DNA from: Candidatus Latescibacterota bacterium | GTDB lineage: Bacteria > Latescibacterota > UBA2968 > UBA8231 | Assembly: GCA_965197905.1 (NCBI GenBank) | Contig: CBDAOB010000005.1 | Coordinates: 608,001 to 672,000, forward strand | Length of the DNA stretch: 64,000 bases | Direction of reading: 5' to 3' | Shown here: piece by piece, positions 39,610-49,865 of the stretch | How the letters are laid out: the number at the start of each line of letters is the position of its first letter | How positions within the stretch are numbered: position 1 is the first letter of the stretch | Notes under the pieces: generated by a model | The model's input: only the letters and a program-made list of their open reading frames with translations | Told to the model about the DNA's origin: nothing | Database searches by the model: none | Program-made: the position numbers and the translations under genes

Positions 39610-40538
39610 GACAGCTGGACTCGCGGGTCTACGTAGGCGTAGAGGATGTCGGTAAGCAGGTTGAAGGCTGAGTAGGCGATCGCCATCAAGATTGTCAGGC
39701 TCTTGAGCACCGGGAAATCGCCGGTATTGATGGCGGTGATCAGGATGTCTCCGACTCCTGGAAGGCTGAAGAATCGCTCCATCAGGAACGCTCCGAGAAT
39801 CAAGAAGGGGATGCCGATCACCGAATAAGTGAGGATTGGGATCATGGCGTTCTTGAGGATATGATTCAGCAGCACTGACGGTTCGCTGGCGCCCTTGGCG
39901 AAAGCGGTGCGCACGTAGTCCGCTTTAGTCTCGTCGAGAAAAACCGTGCGGAACATGCGAATGTCCTGGCCGGCGCTAACGAACATAATGATGATCCACG
40001 GCAAGATCAGGTACTGGATACCTGCCCAGCCCTCTGCGAAGCCGTTGATCGGGAAGAGGTCCCACTTGTATGCGAGCAGGTACTGGAAGCCAATGATGTA
40101 AACCAGGTAGGATACAGACATGGCGGCGACGAAAAAGACGGTGGACCAACGATCGAACCAGCTGCCGCGAAAGAAGGCGATGGCCAGGGCTATAAGCAGG
40201 TTGGTGCTCATGCCGAAGAAGTAGGGGAACACGGTGAGGCTGAGGGAGACGGCGACACCGTCCGCAAACATGTCGGTGAGACGCTCTCCGGTGTTGAAGG
40301 AGCGGCCCAGGTCCAGGGTCGCTATCTGGGCAAGAAAATCGAGAAACTGCAGGGCCAGCGGTTTGTCGAGGCCCCACTGGCTGCGCAGCTCGTCGATCGC
40401 CTCCTGGTTGGCGTGCTGGCCCAAGGCGACCCTGACCGGGTCTTCACCCACTGACGAAAACAGCAGGAAAACAAGCAGGGCGACCCCCAGTATTATGGGG
40501 ATCATATACAACACGCGGCGAATTATGTAGGCGGTCAT
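39606..40538 (-). CDS. oppB: Peptide/nickel ABC transporter permease (OppB/DppB type)
   Basis: YIIRR, GLDKP, DLGRS, DYVRTA.AKG, HILKNA, DILYAYVDPR. Confidence 0.92.
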   Translation of the reverse strand: MTAYIIRRVLYMIPIILGVALLVFLLFSSVGEDPVRVALGQHANQEAIDELRSQWGLDKPLALQFLDFLAQIATLDLGRSFNTGERLTDMFADGVAVSLSLTVFPYFFGMSTNLLIALAIAFFRGSWFDRWSTVFFVAAMSVSYLVYIIGFQYLLAYKWDLFPINGFAEGWAGIQYLILPWIIIMFVSAGQDIRMFRTVFLDETKADYVRTAFAKGASEPSVLLNHILKNAMIPILTYSVIGIPFLILGAFLMERFFSLPGVGDILITAINTGDFPVLKSLTILMAIAYSAFNLLTDILYAYVDPRVQLS

Positions 40539-40555
40539 GTCGAAGCGTTTCGTTG

Positions 40556-42337
40556 CTACCTCAGATTGAGATATTTGTACGGAACATCCACCATCATGTT
40601 GCGTTTCATGTTGCTGAGCCGTGGTTGATAGAGACCGAAATAAACGCGGTTGTTGCGTAAAATAAGCGGTACCTCCTCCGTGATGATCTCGGACATGCGC
40701 TTGAAAAGCTCGAAGCGTTCGGGACCATTCGGCATGAACTTCGATTTCTCATATAGCTGGTCATACTCGGGGTTGCCATACATGCTCATGTTTGGGCCCG
40801 GCTTGCGGTTGGGGCCGTACAAGAGTTGATAGAAGTTCTCTCCGTCGGGATAGTCGGCGCCCCACGCGGCTTCGGCAATCTGGAAGTTGCCCGACTCGAT
40901 CCTGGTCAGGAAGGCGGAGAAGGTTTGGAAGTTGGCTTTTACCTTGATGTCAACCATCGCCAGCTCATTGCGCATGAACTCGAACGACTGCCGCATGTCT
41001 TTGGTAGTGCTGCGAAAATCGATGGTGATTTCAGGCAACCCCTTTCCGTCCGGAAACCCAGCTTCGGCGAGTTTCTTCCGCGCCATCTCGACGTCCTTCT
41101 GGTAGTACTTGAAATCGATGTCGCTCTCGCTGCCGGAGATCGGATGGGGCACTATGGTGTTGAGGGGCATGCCGCGCCCGTTGTGCAACAGGTCTATCCA
41201 ATCCTTCGTGCTCATTGCGTAGGCGAACGCCTGCCGCAAAGCCTTGTTTTCACCGAAGAGCGGATCCTTCATGTTGAAGGCGACATAACCAGCGTAGAGC
41301 CCCGGTTCGGTGTACATCTCGTACTTGTTGGCATATTCCTCCTTGAGGTGGAACCGACCTTCCTCATCGCGGTAAGCCATTCGCACGAAATCGTCCTTGT
41401 TCATGCCGATCCAGTCAATCTCGCCCTTCTTGAACTTGAGCATCGCCGGCTGCGATTCTTCGATCAACGGCAGGCGCACCTCATCTATGAGCGGTAGTTT
41501 CTTGCCCGCATCAGCGAGCAATCCGCGCTCCCTGTCTCCGGCCTCCCCGGAGGTCGGGTAGGTCTGGTGGTAGTTCGGGTTTCTGGCGAGGATCATCTCG
41601 CCTCGCCTGGACTGCTGTTTCATGTAGAACGGGCCAGTGCCGACCGGGTGGCGTCCAATGTCCTCGCCGTACTCCTCAACCGCCTCCCGGGCGAGGATCG
41701 ACATGCCGGAGAACGCCAAAGGAAAGAGCGCAAGTGGATTGTCCGCGGTAAAGCGAACCGTCATGGTGTACTTGTCGACCTTCCGAACACCCGAGATCGC
41801 CGACGCGTCGTAGTCCGTCGGTTTGCCCAAACGTTTGGTTTCCGCGCGGAATTCGTCCATGCCGTCGATAAATCCCTGGATCAAGGAATAGCTCAGAATG
41901 TTCACGTTGGCGTCTGCAAATCGCTTGAGAGTGAAGATGACATCGTCGATGGTGACTTCCCGCCCTTTGCCACCTGCAAAACAGGGATCATCGACAAACC
42001 TCACGGCTTTTTTCAGGGTGAACTTGTAGGTCACACCGTCCACCTGTTTTTCCGGCATGGTGGCCAGCAAACCCGGGATCAAACGATACGGTCGATCCAG
42101 GTAGTGATATTCTATCAAGGTGTCGAACAGGTTGGAGATAACGTTCGCCGACGCCTGGTCGAACTGCTTCATCGGGTCGAGGGTTTTGTGCGCGCTGCTG
42201 CGATGGAGTCGGAGGACTTTCAAACCTGCTGAACTGGTGTCCGTGCTCTCCCGATCGTCGTCAGTGCCGCAGGCGATGGTGAGGGCGAAGGCCAACGCGA
42301 CGATTGAATTTTTTGCGACAACGTTCGATAACTTCAC
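40556..42337 (-). CDS. oppA: ABC transporter substrate-binding lipoprotein, family 5
   Basis: Lipobox LTIAC; TLDP, PVGTGPF, ARKKLAEAG, WGADYPD; GTG start after AGGAG. Confidence 0.9.
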   Translation of the reverse strand: MKLSNVVAKNSIVALAFALTIACGTDDDRESTDTSSAGLKVLRLHRSSAHKTLDPMKQFDQASANVISNLFDTLIEYHYLDRPYRLIPGLLATMPEKQVDGVTYKFTLKKAVRFVDDPCFAGGKGREVTIDDVIFTLKRFADANVNILSYSLIQGFIDGMDEFRAETKRLGKPTDYDASAISGVRKVDKYTMTVRFTADNPLALFPLAFSGMSILAREAVEEYGEDIGRHPVGTGPFYMKQQSRRGEMILARNPNYHQTYPTSGEAGDRERGLLADAGKKLPLIDEVRLPLIEESQPAMLKFKKGEIDWIGMNKDDFVRMAYRDEEGRFHLKEEYANKYEMYTEPGLYAGYVAFNMKDPLFGENKALRQAFAYAMSTKDWIDLLHNGRGMPLNTIVPHPISGSESDIDFKYYQKDVEMARKKLAEAGFPDGKGLPEITIDFRSTTKDMRQSFEFMRNELAMVDIKVKANFQTFSAFLTRIESGNFQIAEAAWGADYPDGENFYQLLYGPNRKPGPNMSMYGNPEYDQLYEKSKFMPNGPERFELFKRMSEIITEEVPLILRNNRVYFGLYQPRLSNMKRNMMVDVPYKYLNLR

Positions 42338-42391
42338 TTCATCAACTCCTTCTGCTATTTCGCTCGTGATGCGAAAACACAACGAGACACA

Positions 42392-43375
42392 TTACGAGCC
42401 AATCTCTTCGAAAAAGTGACAGGCCGCCTGGTGTTCGCGGTTGCCCGTCACTGGGCGCATGGTTGGGTTCTCCTGGCGGCAGCGTTCCTGGACATGCGGA
42501 CACCGGATGTGGAATGCGCAACCGGTCGGTGGATCGCTGGGACTGGGCACATCCCCTTCGAGCGGCTGGCCCTGCTCGCGCCGGCGCGGGTTGGGTAGGG
42601 GTACCGAAGACAACAGCGCCCGGGTATACGGATGGCGGGGCTCGCGGTAGATGTCATCCGAGGAGGCGATTTCCACCAGCCGGCCCAGGTACATCACGGC
42701 GACGCGATCGGAGATGTATTTTACTACCGTAAGGTCGTGGGAAATGAAGATGTAGGTCAGGTCCAACCGATTCTGCAGATCCACTAGTAGATTCAGCACC
42801 TGGGCCTGGATCGACACATCGAGGGCCGATACCGGTTCATCGGCGATGACCAGCCGAGGACCGAGAGCCAACGCGCGGGCGATGCCGATACGCTGTCGTT
42901 GTCCGCCACTGAACTCGTGGGGATAGCGGTAGAGATCCTCGGGCCGCAGGCCAACGGTTTGCATCAGCTCGAGCACGGTATCCAATCTGGCAGCCCCGTT
43001 CCCCACGCGGTGGATCCTGAGCGGTTCCTCCAATATCGAGCGCACTGTTTGCCGTGGGTTGAGCGAGGCGTAGGGATCCTGAAAGATCATCTGCATGTCA
43101 CGTCGCAATTCGCGATCACGATCCTTCGCCACCGCGGTAAAATCCACGCCGTCGAAACGGACCGATCCACTGGTCGGAGCATACAACCTGACGATGGCGC
43201 GGCCGAGGGTGGTTTTGCCGCAGCCCGACTCTCCTACGATGCCGAGGGTTTCTCCCTTTTCAAGACTGAAACTCACATCGCTGACGGCGTATACGGCCCC
43301 CACGGGACGTTTTAGAACGCCCCCGAGAATCGGAAAGTGTACACTCAGATCCTGAACTTCGAGCAGAGGGCTCAT
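42392..43375 (-). CDS. oppF: Oligopeptide ABC transporter ATPase (OppF/DppF type)
   Basis: [29 protein letters not shown]-terminal Cys-rich oligo_HPY domain; ATG 43375 overlaps the oppD stop. Confidence 0.92.
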   Translation of the reverse strand: MSPLLEVQDLSVHFPILGGVLKRPVGAVYAVSDVSFSLEKGETLGIVGESGCGKTTLGRAIVRLYAPTSGSVRFDGVDFTAVAKDRDRELRRDMQMIFQDPYASLNPRQTVRSILEEPLRIHRVGNGAARLDTVLELMQTVGLRPEDLYRYPHEFSGGQRQRIGIARALALGPRLVIADEPVSALDVSIQAQVLNLLVDLQNRLDLTYIFISHDLTVVKYISDRVAVMYLGRLVEIASSDDIYREPRHPYTRALLSSVPLPNPRRREQGQPLEGDVPSPSDPPTGCAFHIRCPHVQERCRQENPTMRPVTGNREHQAACHFFEEIGS

Positions 43376-44373
43376 CAGTGGCGTAGTTGGTACGCGGTCA
43401 GCTGGTCGTGTTTGAAACAGGACACCCGGTGCGACGGGGCGCACTCTTGCAAATCTGGAATGGACTGGGAACAGCTGTCCTCCGCGAAGGAACATCGGGG
43501 ATGGAAGCGACATCCCGGAGGCAGATACGCGAGGCCGGGCACCGTGCCTTCAATGATCTGCAGAGGTTCGGTTGAACGGTCCTCGAGGGATGGAATGGAG
43601 TCCATCAAACCGCGGGTGTAAGGATGACGGGGATTCTCGAAGATCTCGAAGACGGGTCCACTCTCGACGATCCGTCCAGCGTACATGATCGCGACCTCGT
43701 CCGCCACCTCGGCGACGACACCAAGATCGTGGGTGATGAAGATGATGGAAGTACCTCGTCTTTCTTGCAGTGCTGCCATCAGCCGCAGAATCTGCGCCTG
43801 GATGGTCACGTCGAGAGCCGTAGTGGGTTCGTCGGCGATCAACAGCTCCGGCTCGCAGGCCAATGCCATGGCGATCATGACCCGCTGACGCATGCCCCCT
43901 GACAGCTGGAACGGGTATTCTCCGGCGTGGCGGGCTGCATCGGGGATCGCCACCTGGTCCAACATGCGTATCGCCTCCGCAAGCGCGTCGTTGCGTGAAA
44001 GGCCGCGGTGGATCCGGAACGCTTCGGCGATCTGCTGACCCACGGTGTATACCGGGTTCAACGAGGTCATCGGCTCCTGGAAGATCATGGAAATGCGGTT
44101 GCCGCGGATGCGGCGCATCTCCTCGTTCCGCAAGGACAAGATGTCTTCCGAACCCAGAAGGATTCTGCCGCGATCGATGGAGCCGTTCGATTTCGGGACC
44201 AGACGCATGATGGAGAGGGCCGTAACCGATTTGCCGCAACCGGATTCGCCGACCAAAGCCAATGTTTTGGCTCGTTGGACCGTCAGGCCTACGTCGTCGA
44301 CCGCGCGGATCTTGCCGGCGTCGGTTACAAACGAGGTGGTCAGGTTCTCAACGCGTAGGAGGGTTTCGGGCAT
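43375..44373 (-). CDS. oppD: Oligopeptide ABC transporter ATPase (OppD/DppD type)
   Basis: [36 protein letters not shown]. Confidence 0.92.
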   Translation of the reverse strand: MPETLLRVENLTTSFVTDAGKIRAVDDVGLTVQRAKTLALVGESGCGKSVTALSIMRLVPKSNGSIDRGRILLGSEDILSLRNEEMRRIRGNRISMIFQEPMTSLNPVYTVGQQIAEAFRIHRGLSRNDALAEAIRMLDQVAIPDAARHAGEYPFQLSGGMRQRVMIAMALACEPELLIADEPTTALDVTIQAQILRLMAALQERRGTSIIFITHDLGVVAEVADEVAIMYAGRIVESGPVFEIFENPRHPYTRGLMDSIPSLEDRSTEPLQIIEGTVPGLAYLPPGCRFHPRCSFAEDSCSQSIPDLQECAPSHRVSCFKHDQLTAYQLRH

Positions 44374-44522
44374 CCCGACAGTTTAAAAGAAAGGAGAGGT
44401 TCTGCTCGAACAGCAAATCCAGCCTCAGCTACTTATATTGAGCGAGTTCCCCAGATGACATTGCGTGAAGCTGCAAACTCCTGAATGTATAACGATTTAG
44501 ATCGCATTGCGAGCGAAGCCCT

Positions 44523-46962
44523 GTGAACGGGAACTCGGGCAAGCTGACTTGGCCATGGGATATCGCCGCCCTGTTGACCGGCACGGCGATCAGTCTGTTT
44601 GCATTCCAGTACCGGACCCTGACCAAACTCTCTGAGCTTCCTCCGAGCTTGAGCTTTGTGACCCTCGGCCGGTTTGTGGAGGAAATTCGGGCAAGGGTGA
44701 CACTGGACTGGGTAGATGGAGTGCTCGCTGCTGCCATCGTCACCCTGTGTCTGTCCGTCTTTGTGCTGGAACTCTGGCGTAAGAGGTTTTCCTGCTTTCT
44801 AGATCAGATCTTTTCCAGCTCAACCCACACTTTGTGGTTGCTGACCATCAGTTCCGTCGTGTTCCTGCGCTACTACCTGGCCCCAGGCGGACTGAGCTGG
44901 GCAGGGGACTCTTCCGCCCATCTCTCGTACGCCCACATAACCGTCCAGGCAATGGTCCGCGGCGAGCTACCGATCTGGACCAACTATCTGGGATTCGGGT
45001 CTCCGTACATCCAGCTCTACGGATTCCTCTTCTTTTATCTCGTTGGTGCCGTGGACATGGCGCTGAACGATCTCGAAACCCCGTTGAAAGCGGTATTGAT
45101 CTGCACCCACGTCGCGTCAGGAATCGGGATGTACGCCTGGGTGCTTGCCGCCACTCAATCTAGACGCGCTGGGTTCGTCGCCGGCATAGCGTTGGTCCTG
45201 GGATTTTGGCATACGCAGCAAGTTCTGTTCATGGGCCGCCTGCCACTGAGCTTGTTCTACGGGTTGGCTCCATGGCCCTTCTTCTTCCTCGAACGATCCC
45301 GTCGAGCCGAAGATATCTGGCCCTGGTTGATCGGAGGAGGATTCGCCCTCGGACTACTGGCATTCACCCATCCCGGCTACGGGTTCTGGATCACGGCCTT
45401 CTTTGGCCTGTACTGGGTTTTGCGAACCTGGAAAGACGGCCAGGTGCGAGGAATCTTGCGAGGCTGGTTGGGGGGAGTGGTAATCCTGGTTTTCGGGGTG
45501 CTCATGGGGGCTTTTCTCACGCTCGGCATTTGGACCGAGCGCGACGACACACACCTGGCCGAAGGGCTCCACATGTCGGGCGTGCCGGATCCCACGGTAG
45601 GTCAGGTATTGGGATGGTCGAATTTCCGCTTCTTTTCATGGCCTCCGGATCCTTTTCATTGGTACGGTGGTTATGTAGGTCTGTCGTTGGTTGCCGTCGC
45701 TGTGGCAGGCGTGCTGCTCTGGAGACCGCGTCGGGAGAGTCAGGGGCAGGGTCCGATGCTCGCGGGAGCTGTGGCCCTGTTCGTCTCCTTACTGCTGGTA
45801 TTCGGGTATCGCTGGTCCATCCTGCAAGCGATTCCCGTGGTGACCGCGCTCAACGCCGGACGCTATCTGCTTTTCGTCTCGCTCTTTCTCGCCTTCGTCA
45901 CCGGGTTAGGGGTCAGCGCCATCTTGAGGCAAAAAGGCCGCTCATTTCGGCGGTCGGGGGTTCGCCATTCTGGTTATCCTGGTGGTTTTCGATTTAGGCC
46001 CCACAACCTTTCAACATCCGTACCGCGGAGGAAGCTCTTCCCCCACAGGGTATTCCGTGGAATTGTACGAGCCGTTCCGTCAGGAGGCCGAAAGCTATCA
46101 CGCCAAAGACCAGATTCCCAACTACCGCATTGTCTGGCTGGCGCCCCGGGTTCATCCGTTTCTGGCAATGGGGCGGCTCGTGGTCAAAACTCAGACGCCG
46201 ACCCCCGCGGCGCCCAGCGGCCATGTGCTCAAAGCGGTGCCCACGTTCTACTGGCCCTTCGAAAGATTTGCTGCGGACTTGATGAAGGATATGGCGACCG
46301 ATCAATTTGCGGAGCTTTTCGCAACGCTCAGAACCGGATTCGCCTTGATGAATACTCGATTCGTAGTTGCGACTCAAACGGATGACTCCCTGACCAGCAT
46401 GGAATGGCGACCACGGACTGAAATTCTTGTCGCACCGAGGATATCGAGATATCCCAGCGAAACGATCGAGGGATCGAGCGATTGGGTGGAAACCGGACTG
46501 GAAACGGCTGACGCCTATCCGCTCGTGTGGTTGGCGCGGAACATGAAGGTGAATTTCGATGAATCCACCTGCGAGCGCATATACCTGATGGAAAGCGAGG
46601 GCGATGAAGACCTTGGAACCGCACCGGCCGTAGATGTGCTGAGCCACGTCGTCGCCAACCAGAAGGTCGAGATGCGAGTCAGGGTTTCTGATGCAAGTTT
46701 CGCTCGCCTTCCCTATGCGTATTACCCTCATCTTTCAGTTACCGTCAACGGCACTGAGGTCCCTTTCATGCAGACGGCAACCCGCTTCATCGCGCTGAGG
46801 CTGGAGGCAGGAATACAGGAGATCGTGGTTGAACCTCGGCTGTCGCCACTTCGCCGCGTGTTATTGTGGGTAGACCTGGTCCTGGTAGCGGGCGGTGCTC
46901 TTGTCATCTGGCGGAGCCTGCGCCGCAGACACCTAAAAAAGCTGCAGGCCGCATCATCTTGA
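44523..46962 (+). CDS. Polytopic membrane protein, PTPS-related/YfhO (GT-C-like); frameshift at ~45927-45961
   Basis: GD...H, P.W....GFGSP....YG motif, many TM segments; the downstream frame (FAILVILVVFDLG...AYYP.L.V.VNG...C-terminal TM) continues it after a 1-nt shift. Confidence 0.7.
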
Positions 46963-47011
46963 TCACTCTGCTCGCGTACACCCAAGCAATGGACGACAAG
47001 GGAGATACTAC

Positions 47012-49861
47012 ATGAGATCCGTGCTTCTGATCTGTTTAACGGCGGCGCTCTTCAACGCTTGCGCGGGAGGCAAGAAGGGTGAAGTATCGGTGCCGGCACA
47101 GCCGCAGATGGGCGCGCTCGACGAGGTCCTGTCCGTGGACCCGCTGGTGTTGAAGGGGACGCTGGCGAACGGGTTCCGTTATCTGATTCGCGCCAACGAG
47201 AAACCGGAGAATCGGGCCGAGCTGCGGCTGGTAGTTGATGTGGGATCGGTACTGGAGACCGAAGCGGAGCAGGGCCTCGCCCACTTCGTCGAGCACATGG
47301 CGTTCAACGGAACGCGCAACTTCGCCAAGCAGGAGTTAGTGGATTACATGGAGTCGATAGGCATGCAGTTCGGCGCCGACTTGAACGCCTACACCAGCTT
47401 CGACGAGACGGTGTATATGCTGACAGTACCCACCGATAGTATCGAGTTCATGGAACAGGGGTTCCAGATACTCGAGGACTGGGCCCACGGCGTCAGTTTC
47501 GAAGGAGCCGAGATTGACAAGGAACGGGGTGTGGTGATCGAGGAATGGCGGTCGCGCAAGGGGGCTGATCAGCGGCTGTGGGATAAGCTGTATCCCGTCT
47601 TACTCAGAGGTTCTCGCTATGCCGCACGGTTGCCGATAGGTCAAAAAGCGGTGCTGGACACCTTTGCCCACGACAAGCTGCGGCAGTTTTACAGAAATTG
47701 GTACAGGCCCGAGCTCATGGGTCTGGTTGCGGTAGGAGATTTCGAGGTCGGTTGGATCGAAGATCTGGTGCAATCCCATTTCTCGCGGTTGGCTTCACCT
47801 GCTTCTCCGCCGGAGCGAGTGGTTTTCCCGGTGCCCGATCATGGAGAAACCCTGTTCTCCATCGCCACCGATCCGGAAGCGACGAGGAATGCGGTCACCA
47901 TCTACTACAAACGGGAACCTCGCGATCAAACTACCCTGCTCGCATTCCGTACGATGCTCATCGAACGTCTATACCACCGGATGCTCAACCAGCGTCTGTA
48001 CGAGCTGACCCAGCTTGCGCGGCCACCATTTCTCTATGGCTACTCCAGTCAGGGGCGATGGTTGCGCTCCAAGGAGTTCTTCATCCTCAGCGCCGGCGTG
48101 CCCGACAATGGGTTCGACCCCGGGCTCGAAGCGCTGCTGACCGAAGAGGCGCGGGTTCGTCGATTCGGTTTCACGAAGTCGGAGTTGAAGCGGAACGCGC
48201 AAGAGATGCTGCGCGCCATGGAGCAGGCCTATCGCGAACGCGACAAGAGTCCGTCCAGCTCGTTTGCCGGCGAGTATGCGAATCACCTGCTGGAAGACGA
48301 GCCGATACCGGGCATCGAGAAGGAGTTCGAGCTGTTTGGACGGTTGGTTCCCGGTATTGAGCTGGAGGAGGTGAACGCGCTGGCCACCTCCTGGGTAGGG
48401 GAGGGCAATCGCGTATTATCCATCAGTGCTCCGGACAAGGAGGGGCTACGGATTCCCACCGAAGAAAGCCTGCTCGCGGTGTTCGCAGAGGTGGGTGCGA
48501 AGGAGATCGAACCGTATGTGGAGGATGTTTCGGATCAACCATTGGTGCCCGATATCCCCCCCATGATGGAGATCGTGGAACGGCACGAGATACCGGAGAT
48601 AGGGGTGACCACCTGGACGTTGGAGAACGGCATCCGCGTGGTGCTCAAACCTACCGATTTTCAAAACGATCAGATCCTGTTCGAATCGTTCAGTCTTGGT
48701 GGTCACTCGCTGGTGGGGGATGACGACTACATCGCAGCCTCGACGGCGACTTCGGTGGTAACTCAGGGGGGCGTCGGTGACTTCAACCTCGTGGATCTGC
48801 AGAAGAAGTTGGCGGGCAAGGTGGTGACCGTTTCGCCCTGGATCGGCTCGCTGAGGGAGGGGATTTCGGGTTCCGCCTCACCTGAAGACATCGAGACCAT
48901 GTTCCAGCTGATTTACGCCTACGCCACCGCCCCCCGGCAGGACAGCACTGCATTCCAGGCGTACGAAACGCGGATGCGCGGGTTTATCGAGAATCGCAAC
49001 GCCCGACCGGAAACAGCGTTCAGCGACACCGTGCAGGTTACCTTGGCGCAGCGCCACCATAGGGCCCGTCCGTGGTCCCTTGACCTTATCGATGAAATGG
49101 ATCTTCACACTTCGATGGCGGTCTACCAGGACAGGTTCTCCGACATGGGCGATTTTACCTTCTACTTCATCGGCAACTTTACCCTCGCGCAGATGGAGCC
49201 GCTGGTGCGCACCTATCTGGGCGCCCTTCCAGCCACCGACCGGCGTGAAAGCTGGAAAGACGTAGGGGAACGTGCACCACGTGGCGTCATAGAGAAGACC
49301 GTGCGGCGCGGCATCGAGCCGAAGAGTCGCACTCTGCTGTCGTTTACGGGGCCGTATCAGTTCGACGGCTGGCGCAACGACTTCGAGTTGCAGGCGATGG
49401 CAGATGTGCTGCAGATCAAGCTTCGGGAGGTGCTGAGGGAAGATCTGGCGGGAACCTACGGCGTATGGGTCAACGGCGGCGGTTCCCATTTTCCGAAGTC
49501 TAGGTATATGGTCAGTCTGGGTTTTGGCTGCGATCCGGATCGGGTCGAGGAACTCACCGCAGTAGTATTTTCACAGATTGACAGCCTGAAGAACTCGGGT
49601 CCGGGCCCCGAATACGTGCACAAGGTGCAGGAAGCAGCAAGGCGGAATCACGAGGTCAATCTCAAAGAGAACAGCTACTGGCGCGGGGCCTTGAGCTCAG
49701 CTGACTTCCACAAGCTGGACCCAAGACGGGTCCTGCGCTACACGACGATGGTGGACAGCCTGACGCCCGGTGCCGTGCAGCAGGCTGCTAGAAGATACCT
49801 CGATACGGAAAACTACGTTCGCGTGGTGCTCTTGCCAGAAGAGAATACGGAGTCCGAGTAG
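47012..49861 (+). CDS. pqqL: M16 family zinc protease (PqqL-like) lipoprotein
   Basis: Lipobox FNAC; HFVEH inverted zincin motif, NAYTSFDETVY, KERGVV.EE, LRE...GTY. Confidence 0.9.
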   Translation: MRSVLLICLTAALFNACAGGKKGEVSVPAQPQMGALDEVLSVDPLVLKGTLANGFRYLIRANEKPENRAELRLVVDVGSVLETEAEQGLAHFVEHMAFNGTRNFAKQELVDYMESIGMQFGADLNAYTSFDETVYMLTVPTDSIEFMEQGFQILEDWAHGVSFEGAEIDKERGVVIEEWRSRKGADQRLWDKLYPVLLRGSRYAARLPIGQKAVLDTFAHDKLRQFYRNWYRPELMGLVAVGDFEVGWIEDLVQSHFSRLASPASPPERVVFPVPDHGETLFSIATDPEATRNAVTIYYKREPRDQTTLLAFRTMLIERLYHRMLNQRLYELTQLARPPFLYGYSSQGRWLRSKEFFILSAGVPDNGFDPGLEALLTEEARVRRFGFTKSELKRNAQEMLRAMEQAYRERDKSPSSSFAGEYANHLLEDEPIPGIEKEFELFGRLVPGIELEEVNALATSWVGEGNRVLSISAPDKEGLRIPTEESLLAVFAEVGAKEIEPYVEDVSDQPLVPDIPPMMEIVERHEIPEIGVTTWTLENGIRVVLKPTDFQNDQILFESFSLGGHSLVGDDDYIAASTATSVVTQGGVGDFNLVDLQKKLAGKVVTVSPWIGSLREGISGSASPEDIETMFQLIYAYATAPRQDSTAFQAYETRMRGFIENRNARPETAFSDTVQVTLAQRHHRARPWSLDLIDEMDLHTSMAVYQDRFSDMGDFTFYFIGNFTLAQMEPLVRTYLGALPATDRRESWKDVGERAPRGVIEKTVRRGIEPKSRTLLSFTGPYQFDGWRNDFELQAMADVLQIKLREVLREDLAGTYGVWVNGGGSHFPKSRYMVSLGFGCDPDRVEELTAVVFSQIDSLKNSGPGPEYVHKVQEAARRNHEVNLKENSYWRGALSSADFHKLDPRRVLRYTTMVDSLTPGAVQQAARRYLDTENYVRVVLLPEENTESE

Positions 49862-49865
49862 ACGA